64,000 nt of DNA from an uncultured Acidobacteriota bacterium (GCA_963773605.1 CAVZBT010000018.1:65071-129070); one strand, 5' to 3'. Counted from the stretch's first letter, positions 18,497 to 28,739 are shown. The notes: generated by a model not told the origin, from the sequence alone. Made by a program: numbers and translations.

Positions 18497-19954
18497 TCAG
18501 ACCTTGTCCGCCGCGGGCACTTCGAAGCCGGGACGGTGCGGGTCCTTCACCAGCTTGTTCGCCTCGGCGGCGAATTCGCCGGTGAACCGCTCGGTCTGGG
18601 CATCGAAGGTCAGCCACGGGCCGACGACGTATTCGGCCTTGTCCTCCGGCACGCCGACGCCGTCGCGCATGATGGCGTGCAGTTTCATGAAGTGCTCGTA
18701 GGCGTCCTTGTTGTCGCCGAAGCGGCCGGCCTTGGCGTTGAACGGCACCTTCTGGCCCAGCCGGTACGAGTTGTTGATCAGGTGGCCCAGCGTGCAACTG
18801 TAATGCGCCTGGGCCGCGTTGCCGTTGGCCATCTCGGGGTTGCCCGCGCGGCAGGCGGCGATGAAGGCGCCCCAGTTGCCGCCCGGCGTGACCTTGCCGG
18901 GCGGCACCGAGACCTTCTCGCCCTTGTCGCTGCCCTTGGCGTAGTACTGCCCCCGCACGATCTTGCCGCCGTCCTCGAAGTAGTACTCGTTCTCGACCTG
19001 GCTGCTGATAGCCCTTGTAATTCACGTTGCGGACGTTGAAGAACACGTATTGGCCGTTGGGATACTCGGCGATGCCGAACAGCGTGTTGGGCGTCTCGCC
19101 CTGGTCGTTCCACTGGAACCGGCCGCCGATGGCCATGGCGCGGCAGCGGATGCGTCATCTTCGGATCGATCGCCCAGAAGGCCATGTCGAGCTGGTGGGT
19201 GCCCTGGTTGTTGAGTTCGCCGTTGCCGGTGACCCAGAACCAGTGCCAGTTGTAATGGACGAAGTTCCCGTGGAACTGGTCGATGACCGCCGGGCCGCGC
19301 CACAGGTTCCAGTCCAGGTTGGCGGGCGGATCGGAGGGCTCCTTGAAGCCGATGCCGTCGCGCGGCTTGCAGGCGTAGACCGTAGGAGATCTTCAGCTTG
19401 CCGAACTTCCCCTCGTGAATGGCCTGGTGCAGTCCCGCGTTGTCCGCGCTGCTGCGGCTCTGGGTGCCGTGCTGGACCACCACCTTGTACTTCTTCTGCG
19501 CTTCCCAGGCGACGCGGCCTTCGGCGATGTCGTGGCTCATCGGCTTCTCGACGTAGACGTGCTTGCCGGCCTGGGCCGCCCAGATCGTCATCAGCGAATG
19601 CCAGTGGTTCGGGGTGGCGATGGAGATGGCGTCGAGCGTCTTGTCTTCCAGCGCCTTGCCGCACGTCGGCCACGCCTTTGCAGGTGAATTTGCCCTGGAC
19701 CTTCTGCTCCAGGGCCTTCAGCCTCCGATCCAGCACGTTCTGGTCGGGATCGACCAGGTAGGCGATTTCCACGTTGGGTTGTTCCAGGCAGCCGCTGATG
19801 TGGCTGCTGCCGCGGCCGTTGACGCCCGCCACCGCGATGCGCAGGCGTTCGTTGGCTCCGAACACGCGGGATGTGGCCGCGGTGCCGCAGATCAAAACGC
19901 CGGCTCCGGCGGCCGAAGAATCTTCAAGAAATTACGACGAGTGACTTTGGACAT
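18497..19954 (-). CDS. Tat-signal Gfo/Idh/MocA family oxidoreductase, broken by at least 4 frameshifts
   Basis: The start at 19954 (RBS AAGGAG) gives 'MSKVTRRNFLK'. The pieces follow in other frames: 'SSAAGAGVLICGTAATSRVFGANERLRIAVAGVNGRG', 'KALEDKTLDAISIATPNHWHSLMTIWAAQAGKHVYVEKP', and the C-terminal piece 'GNWGAFIAACRAGNPEMANGNA...HFMKLH'. One shift is a missing G in 'aag(g)attct' at about 19920. Confidence 0.7.
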
Positions 19955-20314
19955 GTCGTTATCTCCTTGGTTAGTGGTTACCGTGCGAACTTCGATCCAA
20001 GCCACGGTTCAGAGTCGACCATGGCGGCGATTTTACTACAAGAATCTCGTGTTGGACCGCTCAGGCGATGCCGTGATTAGAGCAACGGCGCGGCAGAAGG
20101 TGTTGACAACGGAAAGTCGACGGGCAGAAAGTAACCTGGACGTACAAACCCGAATACCAGGGCAGCCCTCTTAACCTGACGTACACGGGTACGCTGGAAT
20201 CACCGACCCGGATCCGCCGCCACTGTGTGACACTCCCGCGTTGAATCTGTGGCCAGCAGGAAGAAGATCGCATAAGATCGAGCGGACCAGACTTAGACCA
20301 GAAGGAGATTCTGC

Positions 20315-21166
20315 ATGACCCGTGCCCTATGCATTGCTTTTTTGTTCGTGACCGCGCTCCTCATTATCCCGAGTTCGCTGCTGCAGGCGGCCGCGCAGGC
20401 CCCACAAGCGGATGCCGCGGGCTGCAAAGACCACCCGCTATTCACCCGTATGCAGAACATGTACGTCGTGTCGTGCAAGGCAATCGATTTCGACCGCGTG
20501 GTATTCAAGACCGGCAAAGCAACGCAGGTCCCCGTCGAGGGAAAACGCTTCGACGTCAGATATCAGACCACGACCGGGAATTTGGCGCCGAGCCCGCTGG
20601 CCATCATCCGGAATCACCAGCAAGCCATAGCGAAGATTGGCGGGAGCGTGCAGTACGAGGACCAGCGTTACACGGTCCTGAAAGCTTCGCGGGACGGCAA
20701 AGAGATCTGGGCACAGGTCGACACGGCCTGGGGTAAGGGCTACGTGCTGACCATCGTCGAGAAGCAGTCGATGGCCCAGGATGTGGTCGCAAACGCCGAG
20801 TTGTTTCAATCTGGGTTGAAGGCCAGCGGTCACGTGGAGGTACCGGGCATCTACTTCGATACCGGCAAGTCCGAGCTGAAGACCGAATCGGATGCTGCGG
20901 TGGAGGAGATTGCGAAACTGCTCAAGGCGGATCCGGCCCTCAAGGTCTACGTCGTGGGCCACACCGACAACGTCGCCTCGCTCGACCTGAACACGAAGCT
21001 GTCCCAAGCCCGTGCCGAGGCGGTGGTGCAGGCGCTCGTAACCAGGCACGGGATTGCCGCGGCTCGCCTGATTGGGCGTGGCGTGGGCCCGCTGACGCCC
21101 GTAGCCAGCAACGACTCGGAGGAGGGCCGTGCCCGCAACCGCCGCGTGGAACTCGTGAAGCAGTAG
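20315..21166 (+). CDS. OmpA-family protein (N-terminal DUF4892-like domain plus C-terminal OmpA peptidoglycan-binding domain)
   Basis: Signal peptide 'MTRALCIAFLFVTALLIIPSSLLQAAA' is present. The OmpA_C motifs are 'IYFDTGKSELK', 'VVGHTDNVAS...NTKLSQARAEAV' and 'NRRVELV'. Confidence 0.85.
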   Translation: MTRALCIAFLFVTALLIIPSSLLQAAAQAPQADAAGCKDHPLFTRMQNMYVVSCKAIDFDRVVFKTGKATQVPVEGKRFDVRYQTTTGNLAPSPLAIIRNHQQAIAKIGGSVQYEDQRYTVLKASRDGKEIWAQVDTAWGKGYVLTIVEKQSMAQDVVANAELFQSGLKASGHVEVPGIYFDTGKSELKTESDAAVEEIAKLLKADPALKVYVVGHTDNVASLDLNTKLSQARAEAVVQALVTRHGIAAARLIGRGVGPLTPVASNDSEEGRARNRRVELVKQ

Positions 21167-21182
21167 CGCGGCCAGACGACCT

Positions 21183-21663
21183 ATGGTCCAAGACGGCTAC
21201 GTGAGAGTCTCGCTCGACCAGCTGGTCGAGTGGATCAGGGGTGTGCTGGGGGTTGGACGGCGAAGGACGGCCGACGGATGACCCCGCAAAGATCCTCGCG
21301 AGCGGCAGACTCCTTCCCAGTGGCGCTCACAAGGGAGCCGGCCTTGCGCTCATGATCGAGCTGCTCACGGCGGGCTTGTCCGGCGGCCCGCTTTCGCAGG
21401 AGATGATCGAGGTCGACAGCTCGGGACTGGACCCGGGCTCGACCAAGTTCTTTCTCGCAATCGACCCGGAAGCACTGGGCGCGCCGGGCACACTCGCGGG
21501 TCGGGCCGACGACCTCGCTCGGTGGCTGCACGCGCACGCCGGAGTCCCGATCACGCTGCCCGGCGAGCGTGGTCTCGAGGCGCGGCGCAGGAATCTCGAG
21601 GAGGGAATCCCGGTCCACCCGGAGATCGCGGCGGCCCTGGCGAGCCACGGATTTCGGTTTTGA
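21183..21663 (+). pseudogene. Ldh_2 (malate/L-lactate/ureidoglycolate dehydrogenase type 2) gene with a large internal, out-of-frame deletion
   Basis: A family-like N-terminus 'MVQDGYVRVSLDQLVEWIRGVLG' (21183-21251) abuts, in another frame, the C-terminal 140 aa ('GWGLDGEGRPTDDP...GAHKGAGLALMIELLTAGLSGG'). About 200 central codons are missing. Confidence 0.6.
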
Positions 21664-21683
21664 ATCCGTGAAATCCGTCGTGT

Positions 21684-22079
21684 TCAGATCGCTGCGATCA
21701 CGGTGATTTCAACGTGAGCCCCCGCAGGTAGCGCCTGGACCTGAACAGTGGTGCGTCCGGGCGGAGAGTTGCGGAAGTACTCCGCATAAACCTGATTCAT
21801 CTGCTGGAATTCCCGGAGATCCGTCATGTGCACCGTGCACGCGACGGCATCGTCAAACGTGGCCCCGGCTTCGGCCAGGATATTCCCGATATTCTCGAGG
21901 GTCTGGCGGGTTTCCGGCACGATCCCTCCCGGGACGATCTTTTCGGTTTTCGGATCGATACCTTTCTCGCCTGCCACGAACACGAGGTTCCCAACCTGGA
22001 TCCCCTGCGAATAGGGCCCAACCGGCGCAGCTGCCTTTCCGGTCTTCAAGACGCGTTTTCTTACGGTATCACTCGCCAT
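21684..22079 (-). CDS. ridA: RidA/YjgF family reactive-intermediate deaminase
   Basis: 'APVGPYSQGIQVGNLVFVAGEKGIDP...ENIGNILAEAGATFDDAVACTVHMTD...RTTVQVQALPAGAHVEI' matches the family. ATG is at 22079. Confidence 0.9.
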   Translation of the reverse strand: MASDTVRKRVLKTGKAAAPVGPYSQGIQVGNLVFVAGEKGIDPKTEKIVPGGIVPETRQTLENIGNILAEAGATFDDAVACTVHMTDLREFQQMNQVYAEYFRNSPPGRTTVQVQALPAGAHVEITVIAAI

Positions 22080-22235
22080 GTTGCCTCCATTCATGCAACC
22101 ACTAAATACACGAAAACCACAAAACTCATAACTATAATTCGTGCGTCTTCGTGTGTTTCGTGGCTGCGTTGTTTTTGCCAAGATCCTCGTTTCCGATGGT
22201 TCCGGCACCGCCGGTCGTGTGCTGTCCTCGCGAAC

Positions 22236-22540
22236 ATGCGCACGGCCCTCGCACTCGTGCTTCTCGGCACTGTGCTCGCATCCGCGGGGCGGGCGCCCGG
22301 ATCCGCGCTCGCGGACCTGAAGACGCGGGCGGAGCGCACCGCCTACACGGAGACCAGCCGCTACGACGACGTGATGTCTTTTCTGCGCGCCGTCGAAAGA
22401 GCAACGCCGCGGGTACACCTGACCACCTTCGGGTACTCCTTCGAGGGGCGCTCGTTGCCCCTGGCTGTCGTGGGCAGGGTCGCCGATGCGCGGCCCGAGA
22501 CCGTGCTGGCTTCGAACAAACCCCACGTGACCTACGAGCC
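22236..22540 (+). pseudogene. N-terminal about 100 codons of an M14-family zinc carboxypeptidase, truncated at a repeat junction
   Basis: A signal peptide is followed by 'LKTRAERTAYTETSRYDDVMSFLRAVERATPRVHLTTFGYSFEGRSLPLAVVG'. Similarity ends at about 22535, where the 92-bp repeat region starts. No HxxE zinc-binding motif follows. Confidence 0.5.
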
Positions 22541-22564
22541 ACCGCCGCACCCTAGTACGGCGCC

Positions 22565-22656
22565 TGCAATAAGGCGGAGTGTACCCCAAAGCCCACACCC
22601 AGTGATTCTGTTAAGGTGTACAATAGGGCCGCAGGCGAAGCGGTAGCATCACAGTC
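22565..22656 (+). repeat. Left copy of an about 92-bp direct repeat
   Basis: 'tgcaataaggcggagtgtaccccaaagcccacacccagtgattctgttaaggtgtacaatagggccgcaggcgaagcggtagcatcacagtc' differs from 29758-29847 at about 7 positions by my manual alignment. Weaker similarity extends about 25 bp further left. Confidence 0.85.
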
Positions 22657-22688
22657 AACATAATGCCCCCTTATCGGAAGGGGAGGAC

Positions 22689-22889
22689 GTGGTCTGGGAG
22701 GAGCTCTGCCGGAGGTGTCGGCAGCTTATTCAGACTATCCTTATGAGCACCGGCAAGTACAAATCGAGCGAGCTGTACGGCCGCCCGAGCGATCCCGAGC
22801 TGATAAAACAGCGCAGAGAATACATTCGCAACAAGACCGGACGCGACGGGCCGGAGCCGCGGGCGGCGGCCAAGAAGCCGCGCCCGTGA
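22689..22889 (+). CDS. Possible small basic protein (48-66 aa), unknown function
   Basis: GTG at 22689 follows AAGGGGAGGA; an internal ATG lies at 22743. Third-position GC bias favours this frame over the overlapping 5' extension of the 553-aa ORF. The sequence is 'MSTGKYKSSELYGRPSDPELIKQRREYIRNKTGRDGPEPRAAAKKPRP'. Confidence 0.3.
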   Translation: MVWEELCRRCRQLIQTILMSTGKYKSSELYGRPSDPELIKQRREYIRNKTGRDGPEPRAAAKKPRP

Positions 22890-22924
22890 CGATCGAGAAG
22901 CGTCCATCGAAAGCGGGTCTCGCG

Positions 22925-24376
22925 ATGAAAGTTCCTTTCGGCAGGTTCGTTGAGAAGATGCATTTCGCTCCGGTGAGCCGGATCCCCATTCTGGCGCTGG
23001 TCCTGGCTGCCGGCGCAGTCCCGCTCTTCGCCCAGGGCACCGCCGCGGAAAAATGCACGGTGCAAACCGTCACCTGGAACGGCTGGAAGACGGTGCAGAT
23101 GGCGAACCCCTGGGTGAAGCTCTCGATCGTCCCGCAGCTGGGCGGCCGGTTGATGCAGGTCACGTTCGACGGCTACGACTACCTCTGGGTGAACGAGCAG
23201 CTGAAGGGGCAGTATTTCCCGCCGGAGGTGTCGGCGCAGCAGCGGCGCTGGTTCAACTACGGCGGCGACAAGATCTGGCCGATGCCCGAAGGCTCGCAGG
23301 ACGAGCAGCACTGGGCGGGCGCGCCGGGCAATCTGCTCGACTGCGGCGACTTCCGCTACGCAATCCTTTCGCAGGGTGAAAAGTGCACGGTCAGGCTGAC
23401 GGGCCCTCCCGACCCGCAGATCGGGCAGCAGTACATCCGCGACATCACGATCGGCGCCGATGCGCCGGAAATCGCCTTCCGCGCCGTCATGAAAAACACG
23501 AGCGGTTACCCCCAGGAATGGTCCGAGCAGTCGGTTTCGCAGTACAACATGCACGATCCCAAGGACCCGGCCCAGTTCAACACCGACTACTGGGCGTTCA
23601 CCCCGGCGCACCCTCACAGCGCGTATCTGAATTCCTACCACGTCCGGACGGGACCGGCGAGCAATCCCACCTATTCGGTGCGCGATGGCATGTTCACCGT
23701 GCACTATGTCGGGCTCGGCGGCGAGGTGTGGGTCGATTCCCCGGCGGAATATCTAGCCGTAGTCGACGGCCTCAGCAAATACGCGATGGTCGAGCGGTTC
23801 CGTTACGACAAGAACGCGGAGTATCCCGGCAAAGGCACGGTGATCTTCTATACCAGCGGGCTGCCTACAGCACCGCGGTCGAGACAGGGAGCGGGGCCGC
23901 CGCAGCAGCCACCGGCCGGCGCCCAGGAGGGCACGCGTCCGCCGATCTATTACATCGAAGCCGAGCTGAACAGCCCCATGGTGCGGCTGGCCCCGGGTGA
24001 GAGCTACGCAATGGAGACCCAATGGTATCCCACCCGCATGGGGAGCAACTTCAAGGAGGCAACCTACGCGGGCGCAATCGGGCAACCGCTGGCCGCCGCG
24101 AGGACCTCGGATGGTCTGGCACTCTCCGGCGAATTTGGCGTCTTCTATGCAGGCAAGCTCGAGGCGCGCTTTTACGGCCGAGGCGGGATGCGCGTCGGTT
24201 CCGCGAATCTTGCCGAGGTGACGCCGGCCAGGCTGGTTACGCTTCAGCAAACGGTGAAGGCGCCGGACGAAACGGCCCGTGTCTCGCTGCACCTCGTCGA
24301 TCGGAACGGACTCGACCGGGGGCCGCTCGGCGAGGTGATGGTGGCCGGTTCACCCGAGGCCGCGGGGAACCATTAG
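22925..24376 (+). CDS. Secreted hypothetical protein (beta-rich; DUF4380/aldose-epimerase-like resemblance, uncertain)
   Basis: The ORF is uninterrupted. The signal peptide is 'MHFAPVSRIPILALVLAAGAVPLFAQG' (start 22925 or 22958). The motif 'LSIVPQLGGRLMQVTFDGYDYLWVN' is present. Confidence 0.65.
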   Translation: MKVPFGRFVEKMHFAPVSRIPILALVLAAGAVPLFAQGTAAEKCTVQTVTWNGWKTVQMANPWVKLSIVPQLGGRLMQVTFDGYDYLWVNEQLKGQYFPPEVSAQQRRWFNYGGDKIWPMPEGSQDEQHWAGAPGNLLDCGDFRYAILSQGEKCTVRLTGPPDPQIGQQYIRDITIGADAPEIAFRAVMKNTSGYPQEWSEQSVSQYNMHDPKDPAQFNTDYWAFTPAHPHSAYLNSYHVRTGPASNPTYSVRDGMFTVHYVGLGGEVWVDSPAEYLAVVDGLSKYAMVERFRYDKNAEYPGKGTVIFYTSGLPTAPRSRQGAGPPQQPPAGAQEGTRPPIYYIEAELNSPMVRLAPGESYAMETQWYPTRMGSNFKEATYAGAIGQPLAAARTSDGLALSGEFGVFYAGKLEARFYGRGGMRVGSANLAEVTPARLVTLQQTVKAPDETARVSLHLVDRNGLDRGPLGEVMVAGSPEAAGNH

Positions 24377-24527
24377 GCGGAAAACTACGGATTCGATTTC
24401 CGTGTCTTCGCTGTCTTCCGTGGCAGGTCTTTCCGCACGATAAAATCGAAGCCCCAAAAAACGCCCGGGCCGCATGCGGGCGGCCCGGGCAAAGAGTGGA
24501 TCCAGACAGGGGAGAGTTGCAGGCTCC

Positions 24528-27500
24528 CTACCACAGGATCTTCATGCTCACCTGTCCGATCCTGGGAGCCCTCGCGCTTGTGACCCTGCCGAAATTCGAG
24601 CTGGTAAAGCTCCCCGACGGAGTGCCGAACTGCGCGTGGTTGAACGCGTTGAAGAACTCCGCACGGATTTGTACAGACCACCTCTCCGTGACCCGGGTGT
24701 CCTTGTGTACGGCAAAGTCCCAGTTGTTGGTGCCCGGCCCGTGGAAGAACCGCCGATTTGCATTGCCGAACCTCCCCAGCGGCGCGGCAACAAAAGCACC
24801 CTTATCAAAGTAGGTATGGGCCGTCGTCTCACGCGGCTCGTGGAACACGGGGTCTCCGACACGGTCCGGCACATCGATGCCCGACGCGCCCACCAGCGAC
24901 CGGTCGCCGCTCTGCGACAGCGTTATCGGGAAGCCGGTGGCAAACCGGGTGATGCCGTTGAGGCTCCAGCCCTCGACCAGGCGCCGCGGCCCACCGCCGA
25001 AGAGCCTGGCGAAGGGGAGCGTGTAGTTGTAGCTCACGACGAAATTGTGCGTGGCGTCGAAAGCGGAAAGGGACCGGCTCAAGGCGTAGTTCGAGTAATT
25101 CATCCGCGCCGTGAACGCAGACGAATTATCGATCGACTTGCCGAAGGTGTAGGCGGCCAGGAAGCTCAGGTTCGCGGCCCGCCGCTCGAGGGTCAGCTGC
25201 ATCGAGTTGTAGCTGGAGTTGGCTGCCGCAATCTGATAGTCGTTATGGCCGAAATCGTTCCCCAGAATGGTGCGGGTTCCGTACACCTTGCTGCCGTCGG
25301 GCCTGGTAAAGATCGTGTTCTCCTGGTTGGGACCGCATTGCACGGTCCCTGCCATCACGCCGGAGCCGCGCAGGCTCATGCAGAGGTTCGGGTCACCGGG
25401 GTTGGCCTCGATAAAGGACATGAGCTTGTGTCCCTGGGTGCCCACGTACGCCATGGTCATCACCATGGAACGGCTGAGCTGTCGCTGGATGGATAGGTTG
25501 TAGTGCTCCGCGTAGGGAAGCCCGTTGCTCGGAACGATTCCCGGTGAGCTGGAAATCGGGAGGAAGACCGAATAGTCCATGGTCTTGTTTTTCAGATCGC
25601 CGGGAGCTGGGAGAACGAAGGGGAATCGCTGCGTCTGGGAAGTGCCGTCAGCACGGGTGAGGAACGGTGTCTCGAAGAGCGGCGGTGAGATCGAAACCCA
25701 GTAGAGGCCGTAGGGAGCGTCACCCCAGATCTGGAACGTACCCGAGTCTTCGACCGCCGTGTAGTAGAGGCCAAAGGACGCCCGGATACTGGTCTTGCCA
25801 CCACCCAGTATTTTCCCCAGCACGCCGTCCTTGGTCTGCGGAGACCAGGCGAGGCCGAGCCGGGGCGCAAGGTTCTTGTAGTCGGTGGGTGCAATCGTCC
25901 TGGTCAGGGTACCGCCTTGGCCATCGGGATCGCCCGGCACAAGCCAACCCTTCGGCGCGGTTGGGAACTGAGTCGATTGCACGCCCGGAATGATCGCGTT
26001 GAGCCGATCGTAAATGTCGTACCACGGCATGCTGAATTCCCAGCGCAACCCGTAGTTGAGGGTGAGGTTCGGCCGCACCCGCCAGGAATCCTGGCCATAG
26101 ATGCCTAAGTACCTCGTCCGGGAGTCTATAACCTGGAGGCTCGACTGTGTGTAGTCGCGGGGAGCTCCCAGGAAGTAGTCGGCGTAATCGCTGCCTGTTT
26201 CGGAGCCGTCGAATGCGAAAATGCCGTTCGGCGCATAATAGTTGCGCCCGTTGATCTGGAGATAGCGGCCTTCCACGCCGAATTTCATGGTGTGGGTCCC
26301 GTGGAGCCTCGAATAACCTTCCGAGAAGCTCCAGCTGTTGTTCGGCTGGACCAGAGTCGGGTTCGCTCGTCCGAAACTGAAGGTGTTCGTGGAGATGATC
26401 GGCACGGCTTCCTCTCCGGTTCCGGAATTTACAATGCCGAGCGTGTTAGCTCCGGTTACAAATCCCAGGCTGGAGAGCGAGACGCTCGGATCCCCGGGAT
26501 TGAGCTGGTGAACCGATGTCCGCATGAAACTCACGCGGGCCTCATTCACCGCATTCGGGCCGAAGGTCTTGATGTTACTGAGCACAGCCTGCTGGGCCCG
26601 TCTGTCCGTGGTAGCCGGGAAGCCACCCAGGCTGGAACCGGCATTGGGATTGGCATCGGATGAGTCGTCGAAGTGATAGTAAACGAACCAGTTGCCGACC
26701 TTCTGGGTCATGATGTCGATACGTTGACCCATCTTTTCGTCCGTGATGCGGCGATTCGCACCTGCGCTCGCATACGAGCTTGCGCCGGAGTTGGGAAGAG
26801 GGATGTACTTCATCGTACCCTTCGCCGCCGCAGAATAGGCTTCGGCAGGAATCACGCCGTCCGGGAAGACAGAACTGTACGGGTCCCCGGCGGCGACGGT
26901 ACGCCCAAGGCGCTGGCTGAGCACCTGTGCCCAATGAGGGCCGCTCACCGTCCCTGTCAGGTTGCTGACGCCGATGTCCCCCCCCCGTTGCGCGGCTGTC
27001 GGAACCGTAACCAGGCCGGTGCTCACCCCCTGTATTTCCCTTGTGCCCTGATAATCGGTGAACCAGAAGACCTTGTTCCTGATCAGGGGACCGCCCATCG
27101 CGTAGCCGAACTGATTACGTTTCAGATCCGCGCGATTGGGATCGAAAAATCCGCGTGCGTCCAGCTGTTTGTTTCTCAGAAACTCGAACGCCGTGCCGTG
27201 GAAGCTGTTGGTCCCGTTTTTCGTGATGGCGTTCATGATCGCGCCGCTGAACCGGCCGTACTCGGCATCGAAGCTGTTGGTGATCAGCCGGAACTCGGAC
27301 ACGGCGTCGAGATTCGGAATGACCGCCGTACCGAAGTTTCTGCCTTCCCCCACGTCTCCGCCGTTCACCAGGAAGGAATTTGCCTGCTCGCGCTGCCCGT
27401 TGACGGACTGGTTACCCGCGGAGAGTCCGCCCGACACGCTGGCACTCGAACCTGTGCCGGCGCTTGACGGAGCAACCCCGGCCTGAAGCCCGAGCAGGTC

Positions 27501-27965
27501 GACAAAGCTGCGCCCGTTGAGCGGCAGCGTGAGTATCTTTTTATCGTCGACCACCTGTCCCATCTGGGTGTTGGTGGTCTCGACCTGAACCGGATTGGCC
27601 GTCACCTCAATCGATTCACTGAGGTTTCCAACCTGCATGGAAATGTCCACGCGGCGCTGCTCGTTGACGGTAAGAACGACGTCGTTGGCGGCGTACTTCT
27701 GGAATCCGCTCGCCGTGACCTCGATCCGGTAACGGCCCACCGGCAAGGCCAGGAAACGGTACTGGCCCTGATGGTCCGTAGCCACTCTCGTCGTCACGCC
27801 GGTAGCCGTTTCCGTAGCCACGACTGTGACTCCGGGGAGAACTCCGCCTGATGCATCATTCACAACGCCGAGGATGGAGCCGCCCGTCTGCTGAGAGAAC
27901 GCCGGCACGGCAAATGCGAGTATCAGGCCCAAAAAGAGGATCGTCCTGCGGGTATCGGGATTCAT
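24528..27965 (-). CDS. Oar-like TonB-dependent outer-membrane receptor with N-terminal CarboxypepD_reg domain
   Basis: An intact 1145-aa ORF with a signal peptide. 'GSILGVVNDASGGVLPGVTVVATETATGVTTRVATDHQGQYRFLALPVGRYRIEV' is the CarboxypepD_reg domain. It is followed by a plug and a long beta-barrel ending in an aromatic residue ('...GQVSMKILW'). Confidence 0.85.
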   Translation of the reverse strand: MNPDTRRTILFLGLILAFAVPAFSQQTGGSILGVVNDASGGVLPGVTVVATETATGVTTRVATDHQGQYRFLALPVGRYRIEVTASGFQKYAANDVVLTVNEQRRVDISMQVGNLSESIEVTANPVQVETTNTQMGQVVDDKKILTLPLNGRSFVDLLGLQAGVAPSSAGTGSSASVSGGLSAGNQSVNGQREQANSFLVNGGDVGEGRNFGTAVIPNLDAVSEFRLITNSFDAEYGRFSGAIMNAITKNGTNSFHGTAFEFLRNKQLDARGFFDPNRADLKRNQFGYAMGGPLIRNKVFWFTDYQGTREIQGVSTGLVTVPTAAQRGGDIGVSNLTGTVSGPHWAQVLSQRLGRTVAAGDPYSSVFPDGVIPAEAYSAAAKGTMKYIPLPNSGASSYASAGANRRITDEKMGQRIDIMTQKVGNWFVYYHFDDSSDANPNAGSSLGGFPATTDRRAQQAVLSNIKTFGPNAVNEARVSFMRTSVHQLNPGDPSVSLSSLGFVTGANTLGIVNSGTGEEAVPIISTNTFSFGRANPTLVQPNNSWSFSEGYSRLHGTHTMKFGVEGRYLQINGRNYYAPNGIFAFDGSETGSDYADYFLGAPRDYTQSSLQVIDSRTRYLGIYGQDSWRVRPNLTLNYGLRWEFSMPWYDIYDRLNAIIPGVQSTQFPTAPKGWLVPGDPDGQGGTLTRTIAPTDYKNLAPRLGLAWSPQTKDGVLGKILGGGKTSIRASFGLYYTAVEDSGTFQIWGDAPYGLYWVSISPPLFETPFLTRADGTSQTQRFPFVLPAPGDLKNKTMDYSVFLPISSSPGIVPSNGLPYAEHYNLSIQRQLSRSMVMTMAYVGTQGHKLMSFIEANPGDPNLCMSLRGSGVMAGTVQCGPNQENTIFTRPDGSKVYGTRTILGNDFGHNDYQIAAANSSYNSMQLTLERRAANLSFLAAYTFGKSIDNSSAFTARMNYSNYALSRSLSAFDATHNFVVSYNYTLPFARLFGGGPRRLVEGWSLNGITRFATGFPITLSQSGDRSLVGASGIDVPDRVGDPVFHEPRETTAHTYFDKGAFVAAPLGRFGNANRRFFHGPGTNNWDFAVHKDTRVTERWSVQIRAEFFNAFNHAQFGTPSGSFTSSNFGRVTSARAPRIGQVSMKILW

Positions 27966-28311
27966 GCATCCCTCCTGAGGATCTGGAGTAAGGAACTTTC
28001 ACGTGAGTTTGGGGCCATCTTCGGGGGATGGAACGGCGTAAGTCAAGAGAAATCCCGGTTCCTTTGACGCGAAGACGCGAGGGCGCGAAGGCTCAAAGGG
28101 ACTACTCGGGAGCGGGGCGGGCTTACCAGGATGCGGTGCGCGAGGTCTTGGCGGCGAACGCGAAACTTCTGGCGTTGGCACGCAGGCAACGGCTGATTTG
28201 AAACGCCCGGGGACACGACAGTGCCTGCGCTAAGCGGCCCGGTATCGGGGATGGGCGAGCTGTCTGCGGGGGCCGGGGGACGTCAGGCTTCGCCCGGAGA
28301 TTGCGGCGGGT

Positions 28312-28470
28312 GTGTTGTTGCGCGCTCTGCTGGCAGCGCGGCTGCTGCGGGAAGTCGGTTTTCGTGCCGTGGAGGCGCTGGTCCGATCGTCGGCTCGGCG
28401 GGGGATGACCGTGCGGCGCTCCTCCGGAGACGACACGTTGAGCTACTTCACGGAGCGGCTGGACGTGGTA
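28312..28470 (+). pseudogene. Possible N-terminal remnant of an IS4-like DDE transposase
   Basis: 'VLLRALLAARLLREVGFRAVEALVRSSARRG...RRSSGDDTLSYFTERLD' resembles the conserved N-terminal region of DDE transposases as I recall it. No DDE catalytic domain follows. Confidence 0.3.
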
Positions 28471-28471
28471 T

Positions 28472-28730
28472 TCATGGTCCGAGCTGGGTTAGGTGGTAGG
28501 TCCATCCGGGTTGCCACTGCCAGGGTGCGGTAATCGCCATTTCCATCGGCAGCCCGCTAATCCAGTGCTCCAGGCCGTACTGGGTAGCACGGTGACCGAT
28601 GATCATCACGGTTTTGCCCTCGTAATCGACAGGGCCGCAGATGCCGCAGGCAAATCCACCGGACTGTTTACGCCCGTGCAGCGTCGCGGCCCGAGCGGCT
28701 GGAGAATCATCCATGACCAGGCCAGCGCGC
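28472..28730 (-). pseudogene. Possible C-terminal fragment of a GFA-family (glutathione-dependent formaldehyde-activating-like) protein
   Basis: 'GGFACGICGPVDYEGKTVMIIGHRATQYGLEH...' resembles the C-terminal 'FCxxCG' half of GFA proteins. The N-terminal CxC/CxxC half is missing, and its position overlaps the methyltransferase start on the other strand. Confidence 0.25.
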
Positions 28731-28739
28731 AGTGAGGAC

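Noticed and set aside
22715-22924. N-terminal 70-codon extension of the 553-aa ORF
   Set aside because: Its codon bias is poorer than that of the overlapping small ORF frame. The signal peptide begins only at 22925-22958.
28060-28100. Small palindrome CCTTTGAcgcgaag...gcgcgaaggcTCAAAGG upstream of the TonB receptor gene, considered as an operator (e.g. a Fur box)
   Set aside because: It has no resemblance to known Fur or other boxes that I can verify. It shares the 'GCGCGAAGGC' core with the 52984-53030 palindrome, so it is more likely another REP-type sequence. The evidence is too weak to call.
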